A DNA stretch of 64,000 bases from an uncultured Gammaproteobacteria bacterium. Its GTDB lineage: Bacteria > Patescibacteriota > Microgenomatia > Levybacterales > UBA12049. The notes under the pieces are model-generated. The model ran no database searches, was not told where the DNA came from, and saw only the letters and a list, made by a program, of their open reading frames with translations. The stretch spans positions 657,313 to 721,312 of the forward strand of contig CAZDOJ010000001.1 in the NCBI GenBank assembly GCA_964507055.1. Reading direction: 5' to 3'. Shown here one piece after another: positions 58,886 through 64,000 of this stretch; the stretch's first letter is position 1, and each line of letters starts with the position of its first letter. A program made the position numbers and the translations under genes.

Positions 58886-61016
58886 ATCGTTTTTTGAACT
58901 TGATAACGCTATATCCAATAAAACTTAATACTACTATAAATGTTGCTAGACTAATAATACCTCCAATATATGTATATGATTGTGGCTTGAAGTATAAAGT
59001 AATATTCATAGTATAACTACCATCTTTATTAATGACGCAATCGAATTTCTGACAGATCTCTCGCGGATCAATTTTATATGAATTAAGATATGCTTCATTC
59101 TTTAAATGAATATCGTCAGGAAGAAAGTAATTTAAATTTGTAAGAACTGCAAACCAATTAAAGTCACCCACTCGTACTTTCCATTGTGGATGATATGATT
59201 CTGAGAAATTTAAATAAAATGGTTCCTTTACATTATTTAATGTAATCGTATATTCAGTCGCATCATTAAATTGATAAGGAACTTCTTTTAAAAGAACTTT
59301 AGACTTTAGTTGCAGATTTTGCTTAGTCGTAAATATGTATGGAAGAAAATTTTTGTTCTCATAAACTGCGACCTGATCGGTACCTACATCAATTCTTTGG
59401 AGATATGAAATTCGATTAAGTTCTTTCAGATAATAGTCTCTATTTTTGCCATAGAATCTAAAGAAATCATCATCATTGGCGGTATCACGGAGAGGGATAA
59501 TAACATATTTAATTGAAGAATTGTCGAGTAAATTATCCGCAATCGGTTTTTGCAAATTCTTTATGACTAACTCTGCCTCTGTATATTTGTCTAATTTTCT
59601 CTCTGCCTCCGTAATCTCCTGCCATGAACCATTTATTTGATCGACAGCCGATACTTGTGGATGATTATTTGTATATGTTGCCCAACGAGAATAAGTCGGA
59701 ACCCAAAGTGTCCGAGAGAATGTATCTTGGTTGTTAATAAAGCTACTTAATACCTCGTAATCATGTGGAATATGCCGAGCAACAAAAAGAGTTTGTATTT
59801 CAGAAGTAATTAACGGCTTTGTGTTCCATAGAGTAAGAATAGCTATTAAAATTGTTGCAGCATACTTACCATATATTTTCCATTTCCCTTTACTCCAATT
59901 TTTCCATATCCAATCAATAAAAGCAGCAATAAGCACTGAATATCCGAGAACAATAAGAAAGAAAAATTTACTTGCTTCTCTATATGCATTAAATCCAGGA
60001 AAATTATCATACAACCATGGGTAAAAACCCGAAAATGGCTGTCCAACTTGTTTTGTTAATAAAATTCCAAGCAAGGCAATTATGCCAAAAAAGAGTACAT
60101 ACGGATTCCTTCTTTGTAAGAATAAACCTAAAATTGCAGCTAGGGGTATTAATAAAAAGTGAATAGGTATGGTTTGTTGAATAAAATCTGTCGTATGTCC
60201 ACCGGTCCAGAATGGATGGAATAAAGTAAATGCATAATTAATATTAAGAAATTCATTACCAAAAAGTGATCGACTAAAGATAGTATTTGTTGCCAAAGTG
60301 CCCATGTTGACAAAACCTAATAGCCAATAGAGATTTAGTAACCCTACTATTATTAATGGCAATGAAGCATACAATGCAGTCATTATAAAAGTTTTTTTAT
60401 TTGTTGTTCGTTGCAAAATGAACTGATAATAAAGATAATAAAACCCAAGTACGAAAACGATAATATAAAACGCTCTGAATTCATAGAAACTAATAAAAAA
60501 GAGTATAAGCCCGGAGACAACTGCATAAAACATTTTTTTTGACTCAAGCACTTTTTGAAAAAAGAGAAATCCTAAAGGTGCCAAGGCAAATGCGGTCATT
60601 AAGGTCAAATGCCCTGTTTGGATACTAAGAAAGTAAGTATTATATGCATAGATGAGTGAACCTATAAATGCTGCAATGACACTATTGATATTCTTTTTAA
60701 TTAAAAAATAACTGGAAAATACACTAAAAAAAACGAGTGGCCACATAAATACTATTCGTTCAATGAGACCGTAGCTAAAATTAGCATTTGCTAATAGTCC
60801 ATACAATAATTGAAATGGATAAAACGACGCAGTTACATTAACAGCACCCATTGATGTATTGGTCCATAGCTGAGGAAATGCTAAAAATTCTTTTAGAGTT
60901 ATTGCAGACTGATAGCCCCAATCTCCGGATGTAAGTATTGAGAGGTTACTAAACCAACTCCAATGTGTAATTATTGCTATACACAATAGTAGTATGTATA
61001 TTCCTATTGTCATCAT
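58872..61016 (-). CDS. Large GT-C membrane glycosyltransferase (YfhO/AftD-like)
   Basis: SGDW in first loop, many TMs, C-terminal FSESYHPQWK..N..YFKPQ plus final TM. Confidence 0.7.
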   Translation of the reverse strand: MMTIGIYILLLCIAIITHWSWFSNLSILTSGDWGYQSAITLKEFLAFPQLWTNTSMGAVNVTASFYPFQLLYGLLANANFSYGLIERIVFMWPLVFFSVFSSYFLIKKNINSVIAAFIGSLIYAYNTYFLSIQTGHLTLMTAFALAPLGFLFFQKVLESKKMFYAVVSGLILFFISFYEFRAFYIIVFVLGFYYLYYQFILQRTTNKKTFIMTALYASLPLIIVGLLNLYWLLGFVNMGTLATNTIFSRSLFGNEFLNINYAFTLFHPFWTGGHTTDFIQQTIPIHFLLIPLAAILGLFLQRRNPYVLFFGIIALLGILLTKQVGQPFSGFYPWLYDNFPGFNAYREASKFFFLIVLGYSVLIAAFIDWIWKNWSKGKWKIYGKYAATILIAILTLWNTKPLITSEIQTLFVARHIPHDYEVLSSFINNQDTFSRTLWVPTYSRWATYTNNHPQVSAVDQINGSWQEITEAERKLDKYTEAELVIKNLQKPIADNLLDNSSIKYVIIPLRDTANDDDFFRFYGKNRDYYLKELNRISYLQRIDVGTDQVAVYENKNFLPYIFTTKQNLQLKSKVLLKEVPYQFNDATEYTITLNNVKEPFYLNFSESYHPQWKVRVGDFNWFAVLTNLNYFLPDDIHLKNEAYLNSYKIDPREICQKFDCVINKDGSYTMNITLYFKPQSYTYIGGIISLATFIVVLSFIGYSVIKFKKRYEKN

Positions 61017-61540
61017 CTTTTTTTTATAACTTTAGCTGGGACACCAGCGGCAATTGCGTTCGCAGAGATGTTTTTGGTAACAACAGCTCCAGCACCTATT
61101 ATTGAATAATCACCAATTGTAACTCCAGGAAGAATAATTGCCCTTGTTCCAATCCATACATTCTTTCCAATTGTAATATTTTGATGTGGAAGTTTATATC
61201 CCTGCTCTTGAATAGGTTTATTTTTATCTTTAAACTCATGCATGTTATTCACAAATGTAACATCATGCCCTATTAAAGCACCTTGTTGGAGAATAATTTT
61301 ACCGCCAATCGCGTAGCCCAATATGACATTACTCATTATTGAGACATCATCATGTATCTCAAGCAACTGAAAAGAACCAATATTCACTTTATTACTTATA
61401 GTTATATTTTTTCCAAACTTATTACCAAGCTTTACCTTAAAATAAATTTTACGCAAATAATTTCCTGGTGCAAAGGGAATTGATGCAATTACCATTGTAT
61501 AAAATATATAATTTAGAAAAGAGAAAAACTTATTTATCAT
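61013..61540 (-). CDS. Hexapeptide-repeat (LbH) O-acetyltransferase
   Basis: IGKNVWIGTRAIILPGVTIG..GAGAVVTK..GVPAK. Confidence 0.9.
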   Translation of the reverse strand: MINKFFSFLNYIFYTMVIASIPFAPGNYLRKIYFKVKLGNKFGKNITISNKVNIGSFQLLEIHDDVSIMSNVILGYAIGGKIILQQGALIGHDVTFVNNMHEFKDKNKPIQEQGYKLPHQNITIGKNVWIGTRAIILPGVTIGDYSIIGAGAVVTKNISANAIAAGVPAKVIKKR

Positions 61541-61543
61541 AAT

Positions 61544-62743
61544 TTATTTGATTAGATTTTTATAAATATCAACATACTTGGGAATTATGGCAGTATCCCA
61601 ATCATAATACTTTTCTGCATCATTGCGTGCTCGAATGCTTATTTCTTTGAGAATTTTTGGGTTATCCAAAAGAGAGATTATTTTTTTTGCAAGAGTTTTA
61701 TAATCTTCTTGTTCTACCAAATAACCATTTATGCCATCCCTTATCGCATTTTCAAAGCCACCCACTTTTGAGCTGATAATTGTCAATCCTGAAGCCATTG
61801 CTTCCAAACAAATAGTCGCAAAACCTTCTGCTCTACTCATATTTAAAAATATATCAGCAGAATTATAGTATTTTCCCATTTCATAATGTGGGACATACCC
61901 TTCAAATTTTACTACATCTGCAATACCGAGTTTCTTCGCAAGTTGTTCTAAACTTTTACGCTGAGGTCCATCACCAACAATTCTTAACGTAAAATTATTC
62001 TTTTTTTTAACAACTTCGGCAATTCCTTTGAATAAAGCATCAAATCCTTTTCTCCGCATCAATGCTCCAACAGCCAGTATTTCAACTTTTTGATTATTTA
62101 TCTTATTTGTATGACTTATATATTTTTTGCAATCTATACCTGGAGGAATTATAACAATTTTATTTTGAGCTATTCCCCTCTCTATGAGTATTGCTTTAGT
62201 TTTTTCATTGATAACAATTATTGTATTTGCTTTTTTGAGAGTCGAAGTAGAGAGAAATTTGAGTAGAGGATGTGCAAAAGATGTAATAACTTTTTCCAAA
62301 AAAATTATATGTATACCTTTTTTGTCAGAGGATACATCATGCATATTATCAGTAAATATTGGTAATTGATTTTGTATAGGGCCAATTACTTTGGGTACAT
62401 TACTAAAAAGAAAAGAAAAATTAAATGTTCTATCGATTCCAAAAGGCAAGACATGATGAAGAACATCAAACTTTTCTTTATTCAGTAACTTTAATGCAAA
62501 TTTCGAATAAAGGAGGTTAAATCTCAAGCTATTAGTAAGACTCAAATCAACTTCTCTTTTGTTAGGTTGTACTGCTATAACATTAAACGGAACTTTGTTC
62601 TTAAGATTCTTAAAGCCTGTAACTACCACTGAGTTAGGATTTTTATTTGCGATTCTTTGTGCAATTTGATAGGCCCAAGAGAGCTCTGAACCTCTATCAC
62701 CATCGTCAAACACATAATGACACGGACAAAATAATATTTTCAT
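61544..62743 (-). CDS. Glycosyltransferase family 4
   Basis: IPPGID, RKG, GDGP, EGFATICLEAMASG. Confidence 0.92.
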   Translation of the reverse strand: MKILFCPCHYVFDDGDRGSELSWAYQIAQRIANKNPNSVVVTGFKNLKNKVPFNVIAVQPNKREVDLSLTNSLRFNLLYSKFALKLLNKEKFDVLHHVLPFGIDRTFNFSFLFSNVPKVIGPIQNQLPIFTDNMHDVSSDKKGIHIIFLEKVITSFAHPLLKFLSTSTLKKANTIIVINEKTKAILIERGIAQNKIVIIPPGIDCKKYISHTNKINNQKVEILAVGALMRRKGFDALFKGIAEVVKKKNNFTLRIVGDGPQRKSLEQLAKKLGIADVVKFEGYVPHYEMGKYYNSADIFLNMSRAEGFATICLEAMASGLTIISSKVGGFENAIRDGINGYLVEQEDYKTLAKKIISLLDNPKILKEISIRARNDAEKYYDWDTAIIPKYVDIYKNLIK

Positions 62744-62752
62744 AATTTATTT

Positions 62753-63796
62753 TCACTTGGAAACGTCTTTAATTATTGCATGTAATTGGGTTCTAAATTC
62801 TTTATATTTTTGGCTATTAAGCGTTTTAAACATATTAAATGTCATCTTTCTTCCTTGAATGATTAAAAAGGATGGTGTAATTTTTGCTACCATAAAACCT
62901 ATTTTAAACTTTCTGGAATTTTTGACGGATGGAAATAACTCAGAAAACTTCCTATAATTTTCTTCCATTTGTACAGTTCCAAGATGCTTTTTTTCCTTAA
63001 ACATCATAACAATTTGCAAATTCATAAGCTCCTCTGCTACAAAGTCCTCACTTAGATTTAGCTTATACTTTCTTTTTAATCGATTAAATATTGCAGAGAA
63101 TTCAACGGTCGTATGTTCTCCAGCTTGTCGAATCTTTTTATCTTTCAGTGCACGAAATATTATTTGATCATCATGTGAACGAAAACCAATATTATTCTGT
63201 GCCAAACCATACGCATCATAATTATTAACGACATGGCCAATGAATTCTACTTGTGGATAAAGCGTCTTTGCTGCGGGAAAATATTTTAAAATGTTCTTAT
63301 TATTGCGTAAAGCCAATCCTCCTATAAAAAGAGATTTCATCCAAATTTTCTTCATCGCATCTTCTCCTTTATTGAAGTACGTATCCTTTGGTACATAATT
63401 GATTATATATTCGATATTCATGTCTTCTGAGAATTGAACTAAATTACTGCAAACAAATGCAACCTTAGGATTTGCTTTAAAAATCTTTACATAGTTAGAA
63501 AGAACTTCGGGATTAAGAAGTACATCATCATCACCTAGCGTCACGATATAATCGCCTGTCGATCTTACCATTGAAGCTTCATAGTTCTTGGCAAATCGCA
63601 AACTTGTTTTGTTATGAAAGTATTTTATATTTTTATTTTTATAACCTACCACTAATTGTTTAATTGAATCGTTAGGTGTATCGTCTGAAATAATTAACTC
63701 TTTATTCTTATAATCTTGACGCAGAAAGGAATTAATTAATTGGCGGAGAGTATCAGGTCTATTATATGTGGGGACACAAACACTTATCTTATGCAT
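62753..63796 (-). CDS. Glycosyltransferase family 2
   Basis: ISVCVPTYNR, ISDD, LGDDD; start set at ATG 63796. Confidence 0.9.
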   Translation of the reverse strand: MHKISVCVPTYNRPDTLRQLINSFLRQDYKNKELIISDDTPNDSIKQLVVGYKNKNIKYFHNKTSLRFAKNYEASMVRSTGDYIVTLGDDDVLLNPEVLSNYVKIFKANPKVAFVCSNLVQFSEDMNIEYIINYVPKDTYFNKGEDAMKKIWMKSLFIGGLALRNNKNILKYFPAAKTLYPQVEFIGHVVNNYDAYGLAQNNIGFRSHDDQIIFRALKDKKIRQAGEHTTVEFSAIFNRLKRKYKLNLSEDFVAEELMNLQIVMMFKEKKHLGTVQMEENYRKFSELFPSVKNSRKFKIGFMVAKITPSFLIIQGRKMTFNMFKTLNSQKYKEFRTQLHAIIKDVSK

Positions 63797-63797
63797 A

Positions 63798-64000
63798 CTA
63801 GTTAATGGCAAGGAATCGTATCAGTGCGTCATCCCATTGTGGCAATTCTATACCAAGCTTCTTTGCTTTTCTATTTTCGAGCGGGGTAAAAAGTGGAGGT
63901 TTTGAGGCCCTTTTATAATCCGCAAGTGCTACTGGAGTTATTTCAACATTCTTGAGATTTTTTATATCAAATGCTTTTTTTGCAAATTCCAAGCGAGAAC
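63798..64000 (-). CDS. dTDP-4-dehydrorhamnose reductase-like, C-terminal fragment (gene starts beyond window)
   Basis: SRLEFAK..PPLFTPLENRKAKKLGIELPQWDDAL resembles the RmlD C-terminus. Confidence 0.7.
   Translation of the reverse strand, partial: SRLEFAKKAFDIKNLKNVEITPVALADYKRASKPPLFTPLENRKAKKLGIELPQWDDALIRFLAIN

Noticed and set aside
1-64000. CRISPR arrays, tRNA/rRNA genes, transposases, integrases, defence systems
   Set aside because: No repeat-spacer arrays, cloverleafs or such protein motifs seen by eye; intergenic gaps are all short. A covariance-model scan would be needed to exclude small RNAs

Overview
Bacterial chromosome segment, AT-rich and gene-dense. Gene content and style suggest Patescibacteria/CPR, probably Microgenomates (inference: minimal FtsQ, type-2 IleRS, homodimeric GlyRS, orphan type IV pilin, DUF4012, many GT-C enzymes). 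From left to right it holds: the end of a surface-glycan locus (flippase, GT2, two acyltransferases); a two-gene cohesin/dockerin surface-protein pair; GT2s and lepB; parB-rpmA-rplU-rodA-ileS and a pilin; an accessory islet; a long dcw cluster (mraZ to ftsZ, without murD, murF or ddl); an orphan purF-like gene, glyS and recO; and a ~22 kb polysaccharide/glycosylation locus running off the right edge. Best leads: (1) a cohesin+dockerin protein next to a membrane-anchored paralogous cohesin, possibly a self-chaining surface assembly; (2) a GlmU reduced to its uridyltransferase half and followed by a GNA1-like GNAT, inside a dcw cluster that also has a truncated MurB and altered MraY/MurE motifs; (3) an O-antigen-ligase/GT-C fusion; (4) RPE/dRS3-like palindromic elements, intergenic and possibly in-frame; (5) a recurring leaderless promoter architecture. 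No tRNA, rRNA, CRISPR array or transposase was seen. All family assignments are from motif recognition by eye, not database searches.
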